DNA of 59,865 bases, filler included, from Bipalium vagum (taxonomy: Eukaryota): NCBI GenBank assembly GCA_037834085.1. It is 3 parts of 3 records of this genome, joined end to end, with 100 filler letters (N's around TTAATTAATTAA, not from the genome) between each part and the next. Parts side by side here need not be neighbours in the genome. Positions count along the whole stretch, not along the records: positions 21,363 to 43,425 come from JBBMKC010225774.1; 2 more parts are not named here. One strand, 5' to 3'. The notes under the pieces were generated by a model. The model was not told where the DNA came from, did not search any database, and worked only from the letters and a program-made list of their open reading frames with translations. Positions 25,969-40,084 of this stretch are shown here, one piece after another. The translations under genes and the position numbers were made by a program. Numbering within the stretch: position 1 is the first letter of the stretch; each line of letters begins with the position of its first letter.

Positions 25969-28900
25969 TTATTGTTGCAACGTCCTTATTAAATCCTGCA
26001 CTTGAGCAACAGAAGAATTGAAGATAAATAACAGATATATCATTAGTTACCTGCTTCATAAGGAAAACATCTCGATTTTTTATTCTGGATTCTTGACTAA
26101 AGAAGCAATCATCAGATATCGTTTTACAAAAAAGGATAAAATAAATTACGTAGAGTCCAATTGTGGATAGTTATCCAACCACTGGGCGAGCCTGGATAGG
26201 ATGACACAAAAATTAACATATTCAGATCTTGATTTTTTTGTTTCAGAAATCATATCGTAAATTTGATTCGACATTCCCAAATAATCTGTTGAAAAAGAAA
26301 ATATTTTTTTAAAAATTAAAATTTTTGTCTGGGAGTCCTTAACAGCTCAACATTGTACCGCAATTATCTCAAAAGAATAATGTTAGACAGATTTTTATTG
26401 ATTTAGAAAAATCAAAATAAAAATGGTCAATAAAATCGCACATCATCAATTTTTGGACAAAGTTATCATTTCTTTAAATTTTTACCATTTGCATTGAAAC
26501 TTATAATTCTCATCGTATTTTTAGATTTTTATGGATTATTATTTTAAGGAAATTTTCGAGTTTTAAGAAAAACTAAATATTGATACAGTTATCTGCAAAA
26601 AAATATTGATTAAAAAAAATTAATTTCCAGGAATTTTTTTTGACTTTCGATGCCTTGCAGTTCTTGAATTTTCTGTTTCACTATTCGTGATGTATGAGCT
26701 GGAGGATTATCATGCTGTAGGAGTGCTCTACTGCGATTCAATAATGCTGGGTAAGGAGTGATCAAAGTATCATAAACTCGCTGTACTTGTTCAGTATAAA
26801 TGTTACGATCTGGTGAAACTACTTGCTGAGTTGGCTGTCCGGAAAGAAGCTACAGCTTACCTATACTAATAAAATTACGGAAGAAAACCAAATTTTCATC
26901 TCCTGTAATAATACGCCTCCAAAAACGGTTGTCTTTGAGATTCTGAAGTAATTCGTGGCAAAGATCAACTCGACGCTTGGCTTGATTATCTGTCAATTCG
27001 TGGAGTACTCGAAGTGGATTTTTATTTACGAAACCCGTGTTATGTAAACGACGACAAACAATGGTGCTTTGAGAATACTTGATCTCCTCTGACAGCCTTC
27101 GGTTTCTTGTACTGGGCCTCTGCTCTACTAGGGCACAAAACTCTTCCTTGTTCAAAACCGATGGTCGACCTGAAAGTTCCTGATCTCATGACCGGTATCT
27201 CTGATTAAAACGACACTGAACCGTATTTTCTTTAAGCACATCCTTGCCTTCAACGTTGCAAATTTCTCGAGTCCCAGCTGCAACTGATAGATCTTTTTCC
27301 AACAATGATGTAATAGGATCCGAATTACTGCTTTTTCTTCAATCATTCTAACTGTAAAAATAAGTGAATGGAATTTTATAAAATTAACTTTTAAAAAGTA
27401 ATTATATTTTCCTTTTCAAGGGATTTTAAATGATACCAATTTTTTTAAAATAAATATTATTATTAAATGATATGGTAAAACAAGAACTTTAAATAACTAA
27501 AAACATGAATAACTTTTGACTTAACCTGATATGAAAATTAAGTGAATCAATGCTATTTCTTCAACCTAAAATTTCTAGAATAATAAACCTACTTTATCAG
27601 TTATTTTTTATAATTGTGTGATTTAAAATAATTTATATTTTTATAAAGCCAAATAATAATCAATATAATTATTGATTATTATTTTAATATTAGATGTGTG
27701 AATAAATAACCGGACATTTTTGAAGAAATAGAACGGTTGACTCCCAATGATTTTGATATTTGGTCTTGGGTTTAACATGAATCTTGACTGAGCAAAGTCA
27801 TCAATTCTTCAAAATTAAACTTTTCAGGTACCCAAATCGATCATCGTCCTTCATGTTGAAATCATCATTTTTAAACCGATGAAACCATTCAAAACATTGT
27901 CTTTTGACAAAGCATCTTTCCCATATGTTCCCTCTTTAAAAAGGCGACTCTCAGCAGCAGTTTTCTTGGAGAAAAAGAACCCTAACAACATTTACCGCAA
28001 ATGCTGCTTTTTTCTCCAATTTTCAAAATTTTGCACCATAGATTAACTAAAGAAGAATATTTTAAAAAATTATTCTTACATTTAAATTTGATAGATAAAT
28101 ATTGATATTTTAAAATAACATATATATTATTTATGTACTACCGAGCATTTTAAAACTATGAAAGTTTTTCTCTGATTCCGGTTACTTATTCACACACCTA
28201 ATAATAAAATTAAAAAAAAGCTTAATAAATAAAATCATCAAAATTGTAGTTCTTACCTTTAAAGCACAAAGACACTATGACAAGATATCTGAAAGTACTG
28301 AAGGTAACGTGAGTGTATGGTTTCAGAGAAATCTTCTTTATTAACACGGTAGATTCATTGATATCTCTATTTTAATATAATCGATGTAACTTTAAGCACT
28401 CAGTAGTTTTTTTTTAAATATCCCCTCTTGTTGTAAATTTTTCTAATCTACGAATTATATTGTAATAACTTGTATTAATAATAACTTTTAACTGAAATAT
28501 TGAAATAAAGAAATCATTTCTTCTGTCATAAAATGTGAAAATATCAATAAATAAATACAGTGCCGACATAGTGATAACGAAGGATTCTGAATAATTAGAA
28601 TTTATAAAATTGTTATGCGTCTGTAAAAATCCCGAAAGCAATTAAGTTTATCTATGATAATAAAGTTCTTAGAAAGAAAATAAGACTGTTTAAAGTAAAT
28701 AGGTTTCAATCAATAAAAGTGCATCACAAATTTTTCAATTGCTTCTAAAATTACTTTAAATTTTCCATGGAGAATATGAAAATTGTAAGTGTATTAGTAA
28801 TAATTTTTAAATCATCTTAAAAGGGTTAATATAAAAAATCGAAAATAGAAAAAATGATTTACTTATAACTGCTTAAGTATTGCATAATGTACAAATCATT

Positions 28901-30321
28901 TCAAATCTTTAAATTAATATTTATCAGTGGAAAATCGATCAATTAATCAAACTTCCAATTGAGATCGTAGAGAAATCGATTTCTGTTTTTACGATTTTAA
29001 AATTCCTTAAATAAAAGATTTTGATTGTTAAAATTTTTCATTTTATAAATTGAATTAAATAATTAATCCTTTTGAAAATGATTATAAAATTACTTTTTAT
29101 AAAAAAATAAATAACATTTTAAAAATTGTTATTAGACAAAATGATAAATAGTATAAAATTAAACTATTATTATTTTTCTAAGTTATTCGAAAAAATTAAA
29201 ACATATGAAGGAAAGATTTATATTATTGAATTTTCTTTTATATTTTCTAAATCAATCATTTTGAAATAAAGTGAAACAAATAAAATCCACTTAAAATATA
29301 GATGTATTTGGAAGACTGATCAGATCGAATTTAAAACCAAATAAAGTATTTAATTTAATGACTTAATATGTAGAAAATTGATAATTATAAAGTGCAAACA
29401 TGTAAAATATGGGACCATAAAATAAATCTATAAATCACAAAGAAAACTTTCAATTAGAGCCCATAAGTTATAGAAGAAATATTTTCGTGTTAAAGTTATT
29501 ACTCATAATAGCGAAACTTTAAATGTAATTTCAAAGTTTAGATAATTTAGAAATGAAATGAAAAATTCCTCGTATTCATTATAATTAGCACATTATTTGT
29601 TTAAACAAATTGATGTATAAATTTAAACATAAATTTTCAATATTATAGATTTAAAATAATAAAAATAAATAATGAACAGAAATTTACATGTTAATAGACA
29701 GAAATTTGTCTTTTTCAAGCAATACTTCTAAAATTAACTAAAAAAGTTTTTAAGTCACTATTTTATTTTAATATCAATTTTTAAGTGAAAATTACTTCAA
29801 TATCTGGTGAACAAAATCCATCATCAATTCTCCTGAAACTAGACCTGTTTTTTTTGATAAGCCTAAAAATATTTTTTATTTTAGATTTACTAGGATCATC
29901 TTTCATTAATTTTAAGTTTAACTAAATCAAAAGTAATTACCTTTATAATTATTGCATAATAAAAACTTATTATATATATTCTGTAGTGTCATGAAAAAAG
30001 AGGGACTTTTATAGTCCGTTAATAACATTTCCTTTTCAATGTCATTGAAGTTAATAATTTTTGTTTCTTGGTTTGAATAACTAGAGATAAATAGAGAAAT
30101 GATTATATAAAAAAACACTCTTACAAATCAATAAGATATTGAAAAGGTTCTTCTGGTCTAGACTGACATAGGCTTATTAAACCTTCTTGAATAATTTCAA
30201 TAACTTTATTTTTTTCTGAAATTGATTTAAATATTTTACTATATTACTCAAGATGTATACTTAAAAACTCTAAATCATTTTTATCCAAATTTATTGAGTT
30301 ATCAGCAGAGTACAAAGACAT
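25969..30321 (-). CDS. TPGS1: TPGS1-like (tubulin polyglutamylase complex subunit 1), ~225 aa; exons 30321-30261, 30215-30125, 30080-29941, 29862-29796, 28366-28257, 26285-26150, 26096-26051, 25995-25969 (last exon uncertain; alternative 25745-25701)
   Basis: Seven consecutive frame-compatible GT-AG exons. N-terminal RIIa/DPY30-like EFLKKNKVIEIIQEGLISLCQSRPEEPFQYLIDF aligns without gaps to TPGS1 EFL...V.E.....L......RPEEP; LIKKISLKPYTHVTFSTFRY resembles LLRKVQCRDHEAVPLSVFRA. Confidence 0.78.
26590..27346 (-). mobile_element. mariner transposase pseudogene in TPGS1 intron 5
   Basis: VLHELT, RIITGDEN and LLQHDNPPAHTS motifs. Confidence 0.8.
27690..28201 (-). mobile_element. Internally deleted Mos1-like mariner (MITE-like) with TIRs and TA TSD
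   Basis: TIR TTAGATGTGTGAATAAATAACCGGA / TCCGGTTACTTATTCACACACCTAA, flanked by TA; KKTAAESR..CFEWFHRFK. Confidence 0.88.
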
Positions 30322-30932
30322 ACTAATTTTGTACTTAATGTTGGTTACAATAGATACGAAATATTTAAACAAAGGTTTAAAAAACATATTTAAACTATTT
30401 TTTTAAAAAATTTCCAAGTTTATAAATATTATTAAATGTATAAATAAATAAATTGATACAACTTAAAATATATTTCTTAATTTTTAAATTACAGGGTGTA
30501 ATGTAATTTCAAATCTTTACATTGAAAACATTTTATTTCAATTACAATTTTTCCATTGATAATAAACGACGAAACTAAGAGGAAAATAATTCATAGGTAT
30601 GTAAATGATTATTCCAAAAACCATGTCATAAGTTCATTAAACGTAAACATATCTTTTTTACAAGAAATACATTTCCTAGAAATATTTTTTATTTACACAA
30701 GCATTTAGGTACATATATGTATCAGAAAATCAAATTGAAAAAAATATAGTTTGGGCCTTGAAAAGGAGCACTGCAAGATATGCATATTTAAGTTTTACAA
30801 AATTACATGTACTCTGACTCCTCAAGAACTTTGAAAATTAATGTAAAAATTCTATATTCAGATTTCTATTAGAATTACTCATAAATACAATAAATCATTT
30901 AATTATATCTTGAAAAGTACAAAGAAAATTCT

Positions 30933-31310
30933 TCAGGAAATAAATGATAAAAAATCTATAGATGCACGTGAAACATATGGGAATATGTTTTTCAATTTAT
31001 TGACGGATTTTGTTGAGAGCCGGTTGTATTTTGTGGATAAAGCTGAGTTCAATATCTCAATAAGATCCAAATTTGGAACATCTTTGCACTGAAAAAATGA
31101 TGTTCTTCTTGTTCCAAGGTTGATATCTAGAAGTATCTCATTATGTGGTGCCATTACTGTGTAGCATCTTAATTATCATCTGCGGACATCTGTGTATAAT
31201 ACCAATAGCTTCATGTCATTTTTTCATCTCTACTGGAATAAATTAGAGAGGAGAGGCTAAGGAAATCAGCAATAATTATGGATAATGTTTCTTTTCAATG
31301 AAAATACTGA
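30933..31310 (-). pseudogene. Probable degenerate CDK-family kinase fragment
   Basis: KRNIIH, IIADF-(frameshift)-LA, KMT..WY and NKLKNIFPYVSRASIDFL appear in kinase order, with deletions. Confidence 0.4.
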
Positions 31311-32072
31311 AATGAAAAAAAATCATTCTATTCTTACAGGTCGGAAAAGGTTGATGACGAAGCTCGACTTTTTAAACTATTATATTCAATGTTAATTTTT
31401 ATCTATATATGCTGCTTTTAATGTTTTAAATGGGAAGCTTTCACAGAAAACTAGATAGATGAAATTTTTGTGTGCTGTAATTACAAAGAAATTTTTTTTT
31501 ATTTTTATAATTTTAAATGACATGTTAAATCTAGAATTCAATATAATCAAAAATAGAACACTATAAATTTGGTTATATTGAATATTTATGTATGATTAAA
31601 TTTATTAGAATATTCTAGCTTATCCATAAATCAGTTCATTAAAAATTGAAGATTTATAGAATAAATGCTGAATTCAGGAAAATCCTTTACAAAGTACGTA
31701 GTACTATAATCTTATAAAGAGTAAACGTTTAGTTTAACTTTGCAATTTTTTTTGAGTTTAATGTTTTCTAATCAATTTAGTAATGTTAAGACCATACATT
31801 TTAGAAAATTAACAATTGACTAAATATGAAAAACAAAATATATTAAATTTTTTTATTCACATACATCTATACATTACAATAAAAAGTAATGCTATATACA
31901 GTCGAAGAATCTGTTTTAACAAAGAAAAAGGAGCTCACATCAACTCAGTATCAAAAATGAATAATCAATTCATCTGTACTGGGATATATAAAACAAATTA
32001 TGCAATATTGAAAGCAACCATACAAAGGTAAATTCAAAATGTTTCAAGATATATTTGAGAAGCGAGATCTAC

Positions 32073-32949
32073 TTATTTTCTCGTTGTAACTTCTTCACTT
32101 TGATTAACAAACAAATGGTTGTAAATTGCATCTAATTTAGATTCTACACGATTCAATTGATTAGTAATTGAGTTTAACTTTTCTGAAATATCTTGATTAC
32201 CCAATGTTTGAATTGGTAAATTAGTCTACAACTCAAAGATAACCAAGCCATAAATCATTATTGAAATACCATTTGAGCATGATTCTTTACTGATTCAAAT
32301 AAAGTCTTTACAGCTGGGCTAAAATGAGGAGACTCAGGCTTCGAACAGTTCAACATTCTGTCGACATTGGTCCAATTAATACCGGAACAGTGATTATTAA
32401 ACGCTAAAGGTACATTTTCATCAATAATTGAACATACATTATAAATGATTGGTGATTGTGATTCTAACAAACCAACAAGCTAAATAGAAAAACATTATTA
32501 TTTTAAATGAAGCAAAATTAACTAATTTAAAAATGATAACTAATATCGAGTACCTTTATTTCTATTTTATCATTTCTTGAAACCGATTTTAAAACATAGA
32601 AATATTTTTTTTCATCAGTTTTATCACAATCTTTGCATAAATGTAAACCTTTTACCGAGCTGTCATATTGAGAGTTCAAATATAATTCAATAATTCTGGC
32701 ATTACATAACACAATTAAAAGGTCACTATTTCCTAAAGTTAATAAGTTGCCTTTTTCTAATGGGATGATGTCTTGGTCCAAGGTTTGATTATTTTTACTA
32801 AGAAATAAAATTAATTAAATCTTTTTAAAAAATTACTTTTGAAAGCTATTAATATCGCAACAAGTTTTCAGATTATCTATTATTTCATCTAAAGATTTTA
32901 AAGACAAACTTGATAATGAGTTATGGGATAACCGAAAAGTATTAATCAT
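32073..32949 (-). CDS. PAAT: PAAT (C10orf88)-like protein, 239 aa; exons 32949-32837, 32797-32554, 32479-32270, 32225-32073
   Basis: GT-AG introns of 39, 74 and 44 nt give a complete ORF; NARIIELYLNSQYDSSVKG, IEIKLVGL and INWTNVDRML..FSPAVKTLFESVK plus a C-terminal coiled coil match C10orf88 motifs. Confidence 0.75.
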
Positions 32950-34739
32950 AGCAATTAAGATTTCACAATTAATTATAAGTTATCATTATTTAAACAACCA
33001 TAATCATTTTATTTTATTTGAATTATTACAGATGTTTGTACGAAATGTTTTATTTAGCGTTTTTAATGTTCTAATTTATTATAATTTACTTAGCTATTCT
33101 TTAAGATATAAAAATTTGATATAATCTTTACTGAGTATAATAAAATAAGAAAAACTGTGAATAATTTCTTTCTGACCTTAACTTCTTGGAGAGGATGTGT
33201 GTAAACATGCACCAATGACTCTTGTTAAGGGTATAGGTTGCGGCTAGAACTTTAAGATTAAAAAGTACTCTGTAATTGATATATTCATAGTATTCATACT
33301 GTTAACATCCACAGAGTGGTCTAAAATTATCTAAATATAATTGGTAGTGATCATCAAAATTCAAATAATACAGTTCCAAAGCTAGCAGAGAATCCAAGAA
33401 AGTTATATACCAGTCCTATGGGTCGATGGAGACCGATGAATAGCTTCAACAGGTCGTAATCGACTGCATATGTATTGTTAAATTCTAAAAAGTGAGTGAT
33501 TGAATAATGATTTTAAATGGGTTAAAAGATCGAAATTGGGCTTTTATATTTATTAAGTTTACTGGATTAAGAATATCGATAATGGAATTTCTAGGAACTT
33601 AACTTAAACTATATGCAAATTCAGAAGGATTTAGTGCGCGTATGTACGGAGTTAAAATTCAAATATCAATAAAAATGTTCATTACAAAACTTTGAACCTT
33701 TTAAACTTTAATCAACAAATATCGATTACAAAATGGTAAACCTTTTAAAACTTTTTAAATGATCAACTAAATTAACAAATTGTTGTATAAAATATATTTT
33801 TACATAAATCTGACAACTTATTTTTTTAATACAATTTACTCTGAAGTTAAAACCCGAGATAAAGATTTGAGAGAAAAGTCAGATCACCCTTCGGTATCCT
33901 ATTCTCAAGGGCCCTCAGTTAAAAACTCGGTTCTCCGTCCTACTAGACATAGAGATAACGAAAAAGAAAATATTGGGAAGTACGAAGAAAGATAAAAATT
34001 ATTTGATCATAAGGTATTGGAGTAGCTGTCCAATCCTTATTATTTATTTAATTTAATTAGTAAACCTTTAACTTCTTATTTGAATTAAATTACAGTTAAT
34101 TGGTTTCTTTTATTTGAGTATCGTTTCACCTATTTCTATTGTTTATTATGTTATTAGTTTAAATGAAAGTTTAGTTAGATTTGTAATCAAATTTACTGAA
34201 CTTGACACAAATAATAATAAAAATACTTAGTATATTTGATGAAACTGTGTGAAGGAATACTTGTACGCTGTTCGAGTAATACTTCAAAATCCTTGTGTCC
34301 TAGTTTTCACGGAAATTCTTCTGCTTATCTTTTCTTCGTTAAAAACTTATTAGTGACTCCTTTGTTCTTTTTATTTGTGTCCTTGTTTGATTGATGAACT
34401 GCAATTTATACTTTTTGAATAGTAATGACACGGACTGAATGCTGGTAGCTAATTGAAAATTGTGCTGGCAGTTGAACCCTTGTTTTCAAAAGTTATGTTG
34501 GCGATTTTAATTAATTTTATTTTCTAGGACTGAAATCTGCGGGTTTTCTCCTTTTGTAGACTTTTCACCTGTCTTGCTACTTTATAATTTTTTCTGTCTT
34601 TAACCTAATTAATTCGATTATTTATATTATTTTATTTTATTATATTTTTAATTATAGTAACTTTATGTTACTATTTCCTAAATTATTTAATAAAATATTA
34701 TCATATAATTTTATTTATAGTAATATTCTTTAAAATTTT

Positions 34740-35452
34740 CATAGAAAAAACCATTTATTAAGCGCTTTGATGCATATCTTTCTCTGCTCTTAAGTAACAA
34801 GAATGATCCATTTTTATCGTATTTTTACATGTGATCAAAAGTGGATCCTATACGACAATCGTAAGCGATTTACACAATGACTAGCTGCAAATGAAGCTCC
34901 CAAATGTTGCCCAAAGTCGTATATTCATCAAAAGAAGCCAATGGTTTCTGTTTGGTGAGCAAGTCGTGAGTTGATGCACCATAGGTTCATGGAAAGGTCA
35001 ATTAATCACAACTGAGGTTTATTATACTCAATTGGAAAAAATGATGAAGAATCTTTCAGAAAAGCAATTAAGATTGTTAAACAAAGATAAACTAATATCC
35101 TTTATGACAACGCCCGCTGACAAATTGCAAAGTCAGTGAAAATAAAAATGCTGGAGATGAATTTGGAAACCGTTGATCACCCTACCCTCCTTATTCCCCA
35201 GACCTTGCATCTACTAACTATCTGGATAACTTTTTATAAGGGAAAAAATTCCATTCACCCGAGACTGTCCAAAGTGCCTTTATCGGATCTCTGAAACCTG
35301 AGTTTTTTTGATAAAGGAATCTCAGAGCTGCCAACAAGGTAGCAGAAGCGTATACTTGCTCAAGATGCTTACTTTGATTAAACAAATTGTTCTTTGTCAA
35401 AGATTTTTTAATAAATGTGTTATTATATCTATGCATTTCATACTTTATGGCC
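34740..35452 (+). mobile_element. mariner (cecropia-like) transposase relic
   Basis: TCDQKWILYDNRKR, HQKKPMVSVW, YDNAR and PPYSPDLAST motifs. Confidence 0.85.
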
Positions 35453-37224
35453 TAATAAATAAGGATTTAAACATAAAATAAACAAGATAATTTTAACAAT
35501 TGGGCCCATGATTCTATTATCATTTTCATAAATTCTTATTTATGTTTTAAATAAAACTATTTATTCGCATTTGATTTTTCCTTCATCACAGTAAACTTTA
35601 TTTTTAATAAATTAACAAAATAATGTAAAAAAATGATAAAATATCAAAATAAAATAAAATTTTAATATAATTATTTGTTTTATTATCAATATAAAACGGT
35701 TAATAAACTAATCCTAAAATTGAACAAAAATCGAAATTCAAAGCTCTCCCAATGGAGACGGAAACATAAACCTTTTCTAAATAATTTTTACAAAAAAACG
35801 AGATAAAATAGCCCGAAACAGAATCGAAAGTTAAGTAACAAACCGTTTTGAAATTGTTCATTCGACGATTCTCACCCAAACCGGTCCTCTTACCAAAGAA
35901 AAACGAACTCAAAACAATTATATTTCAAATAAATTTACCGACAACAACAACCAATAATCAGTTTAACAGAATTTCAAGCTGCAAAATACAGTGGTAATTT
36001 ATTTTATTTTATCTCATTAATACAGAACCAAAATCAACATAAATTATCTTTATTTAGGAAAGAAAGATATTTTCTACGAAATACAGATATAGGTATTTAT
36101 CTGAATTAAATAATAATGGCAAAACTGTCAACGGTATAATGGCAATGACATAAACAATGTAATAATAATAGTAATAATAATAATGACGATCAACATCATC
36201 ATCAACATTCTAGTAATAATAAAAAATTAATAACAATAATAATAATAAAAACCACGTTTTCTAGAATACTTAGAAATAAATTGAGCTAATTGTTCACAGA
36301 TTTCAAACAAACGAAATGCCAAGGCATTTTTAGAGTGCAAAAACTAAAACAGAGTTTTAGGAAATTGCATTCGAGTTAATAATCAATCACAAAATGTGTG
36401 AGTTCGTCACCATTCAAAACATTAGTAAATTAATATCTTAGAAAAAAATAAAAATAAAAATATGCAAACTAAATAAAACACTCCGTCGTTTTGAAGAAAG
36501 AAAACCGAAAAATTTCAGAAAAGTAATATGAAAATCTCAGAGCGATAAGTCACTATTGTTGCCAGTAGCACTTTAATGCCCAATTATCAACTGACGACTC
36601 ACGAATTTATAATCAATTTTCAGCTGTCTTCAATTTAATAATTATCTTTCTCTATCTCCTTCTCCACCCATCAATAAAGATCGACTTTTCTCTTGATATC
36701 ATTTCGTTTCCATTCCGGCAATCGACTAAAGGCTACCCTCGACATTTGAAATACCATCTCAAAGTCATCATTTGTCAAATGATCCTAAAATTGACATTGT
36801 CATCACATTTTCAAATTAATATTTATTATAATTTCTTTAATCATTTCAGAACATCAGACAAAGCAAATAAAACAGAAACAAAGATTTTAACATTTGAAAG
36901 AGAAATTTTGTAGGATGAGTTTTGACAAACAAGTCATAACGTTAATATTACATATTAGATATTAAAAAAATCCTTTTTATTTATTATTATTATATATCGA
37001 CAGATTTCGTTCATGAAAATACTATAAAAGATCTTTGTTATAAAGCATACAAATGTGATTCTGCAGTTGGCAATTATGTACTAAAAGTTTGAAAAAAAGA
37101 ATTTTTTGCAATTTATATAGCTTACCTGAAGTAATGCTTAATTATTATCGATTTGGTTGGTGAATTTTAAAAATATAAAAGAAATTAAACTATACGACAC
37201 ATTATATTTTAATTAAATTATGAA

Positions 37225-37700
37225 TTATCCATATTTATCAAGAACCTGTTGCCATATCTCAGAAATCATAAAAGTTTTCTCGTTCATAAACATCGCAAAA
37301 GTATGTGATTTTGCATTGTCATAATGAAAAACAATGCGTTTAGGTTTTACAAAATTTTTGGCATATTGGAAAACGATTTTGTTTGATTTTGTCAACTGAT
37401 CAATGCAACTATTACAATTAATCCTTTGCCTCATTGACACAATTTTGAAGTATATGATTCCTTGATAATCTCATAAAATTCTTAATATAACTTTCTTTTG
37501 ATTATCAGTCTTGGAGGATGTCTGTAATAGTTCTTCTGACTTGCACTGTGATCTTTTTAGACTTAAAAAATTAAATGAAATTGAAAATAGTTCTTTCACC
37601 GCCATTATCATTTGGTTCAAAAAATTGGGTATTTTGTTGCGTTTGATAAGCAAATCACAGATTCATACGTGAACCGAGTTTTTCAAGTGATTTGGCTTCA
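37225..37700 (-). mobile_element. mariner relic
   Basis: VFHYDNAKSHT. Confidence 0.6.
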
Positions 37701-37989
37701 GATGGTTGCATGTGATATGCTGAACTTTCATGAAATTTCGTGAGTTGTTTTAAAGAAAAAAGGAAAAAGCAATTTATTAAATTAACTTACTCATTGAAAT
37801 TTGAATCTATCGATTATCTTTAAATACTATTTCAACAATGATTATTTTATTTAAAAGACAATGTAAAATTATCAATAATTTTTTTGCCAATTCAATATTT
37901 ATGTTACAATTAAAAATATATTTATAACGCCATTTATACTTTGAATTATGGTTGACAAAATCTGTGCCCCAAAATCCCTGTTTGCAGAG

Positions 37990-38620
37990 ATTTTATTTTT
38001 CAAACTCAATTTGAAGTAAATGTATATGGCAATCATTGTTTAAGTGAAAGAACTTATCAAGAATAGTTCCAATGATTCAAAGATGTATATTTTGATGTTA
38101 GCACAGAATAAGAAAAACCACCAATTATGATGAAGTGCAATTTTTTAAACGAAGATAATGAGCAAGAATAATTGGTTGCCTCACTGAATGTAACTCAATA
38201 AACAATTTCAAAAAGCTTGGATGATATGGGAAAGATCTAGAGGTAAGGAAGAGATTGTATTGTGAAATCAATTGTGGTACCTTATTTCAAAGAAATAAAA
38301 GGTCTTTCGTGCATTGTATAGTCAATAAAGATAAAAATCAATTCATTTTGGAAATTCTAAAAGTAAAAGATCATGAATTAATCTAGACCAACCGAAAAAT
38401 TCTATAGGAAAACACTATCTAAAGTGTGAGTGCGGTTTTGTGAAAAATTAATTTTGTATTATGAACTACTGAAAACAGAAGAAACAGTCACGGCAATGAC
38501 ATGCACATCAGCAAGCTCAGTTCAAGCATTATGAAGATTTCAAAAATGACTTGATCATTAAGCAATCAAGTTTTCTATGACAGAATTCATAAATTGCTTA
38601 AAATGTGGAAAAAATATTTT
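37990..38620 (+). mobile_element. mariner relic (Mos1-like)
   Basis: LVASLNVTQ.TISKSL..MGKI and YYELLKTEETV motifs. Confidence 0.6.
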
Positions 38621-38869
38621 TAATAAAAATTTACTCTGATTTTTCTGTCATTAATTTTTATAAGTTTAAGAAACGGAGGACTCATACTTGTTCGTAGTTT
38701 CATAATTTAAAGAAACAATTAAGTTTCATCAATTTCACAGCTATATTTAATAAATTAATTGGTACATAAAAGAATTTCGTTTTATATTAATATAATTATT
38801 AATAAATTCATACATTAAACTAGAAACAATTATTAAAAAAATCCAGAAGCATATCCAACACCATAAAAA

Positions 38870-39150
38870 TTGGAACTAATTTCTATCCTTTTTTGAAACT
38901 ACACCAGAGATTATAGATTTCTTTCCACAAAAAATACCTTGATCAATGTCTAAGTCCAGACAACTTACAAAAATGTAGACCTAAGTCATTAGAAATGAAT
39001 TTTTTAATGGTTTAAAGCCTGAGTTCACATCGATTAGATAAAACGTGCATTTTCGATGTATGAAGCATAACGTCAATATTTCCAAATCACATCGCATTAA
39101 GAAAATCAAAAAATTCCAGAAATGTCTACAAAATTCAGTCAATGACATGT
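38870..39150 (+). mobile_element. Possible Penelope-like RT relic
   Basis: FYPFLKLH and IFDV.S motifs only. Confidence 0.3.
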
Positions 39151-39689
39151 AGTATAATTAGTTAAAAAAATTATTAAAAAAAGCAAAAGTTCGCTACTGA
39201 AAAGTCGAATATGAAAAACATATAATTAAATATGAAAGTATTGGGAAATTACTGACGGGATATATTCCAAATTTTCCACTTATTTAAGACAAATTTCACA
39301 TATTCTAATCAGGGGATAACTTTAAAAAGAGAAATAAACAAGAGAAAATTATGGGACGCTTGATTAAATTATTTAAATGATATCTCTACTCTGTAGTTTC
39401 GACAATTGATTTTCGACTTCAACTCACAAAATATTGATTTCAGCATCCAAATTAAGCTTTAATTTATTAAATAAAAATTATAAAGTACGTACACATATTT
39501 TCAAAACTATTTAATTTGGTCCAAATATGCGACCGATCATGACATTATATTGAACTAGTTGCATCACAAAATGGATCAAAAATAAGTTCAGTTAATTAAA
39601 AATTAGAAACATTAGTCTCAAAGACTTTGTCTGTGAATAATTGATCACTTCCATTATTTTATGAATCAATTTGTATGAAACAATATATA

Positions 39690-40078
39690 TACTGGGTTTT
39701 CTAAAAAAGTTCAGATTTTGTGAATAGGCGGTGATAAACTTCTACACATATTTATATTGATATATTATTTGTTTGAATACTTCAATTATATCAATTTCAT
39801 TATCACAGAAATCAAATTGTTAAAAAGAAGTTTGGGTTACACTTCCTGGGACGGTGTAAATTTAAATTCAAAACAGGACACCGAAAACCAGTTATCTCAG
39901 TTTTTCAGTGAAAAGTCAGAGAAGTTCTGCAGTGCTAAAATTCTAGCTTTACCAAAGAAATGGCAAGACATTGTCGACCAAGATGGTGCATATGTAGTTT
40001 AATAAAGTTTTGAAATTGTCTTAGTATTCTAATGTTTTCATATTGCTAAAATCGGCGGAAACATTCTAGAAAACCCTA
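39690..40078 (+). mobile_element. Short internally deleted mariner with TIRs
   Basis: GGGTTTTCTA...TAGAAAACCC inverted ends; C-terminal LPKKWQDIVDQDGAYV. Confidence 0.75.
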
Positions 40079-40084
40079 TATATA

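Noticed and set aside
28414-28641. 75-aa minus-strand ORF
   Set aside because: Lies in TPGS1 intron 4, has no motif and looks like AT-rich chance ORF.
30933-31154. Integrase zinc-finger fragment
   Set aside because: Lacks the HHCC residues; flanking IADF/IIH motifs favour a kinase relic.
36130-36250. Asn-rich coding region
   Set aside because: Degenerate AAT microsatellite with stops; no supported ORF.
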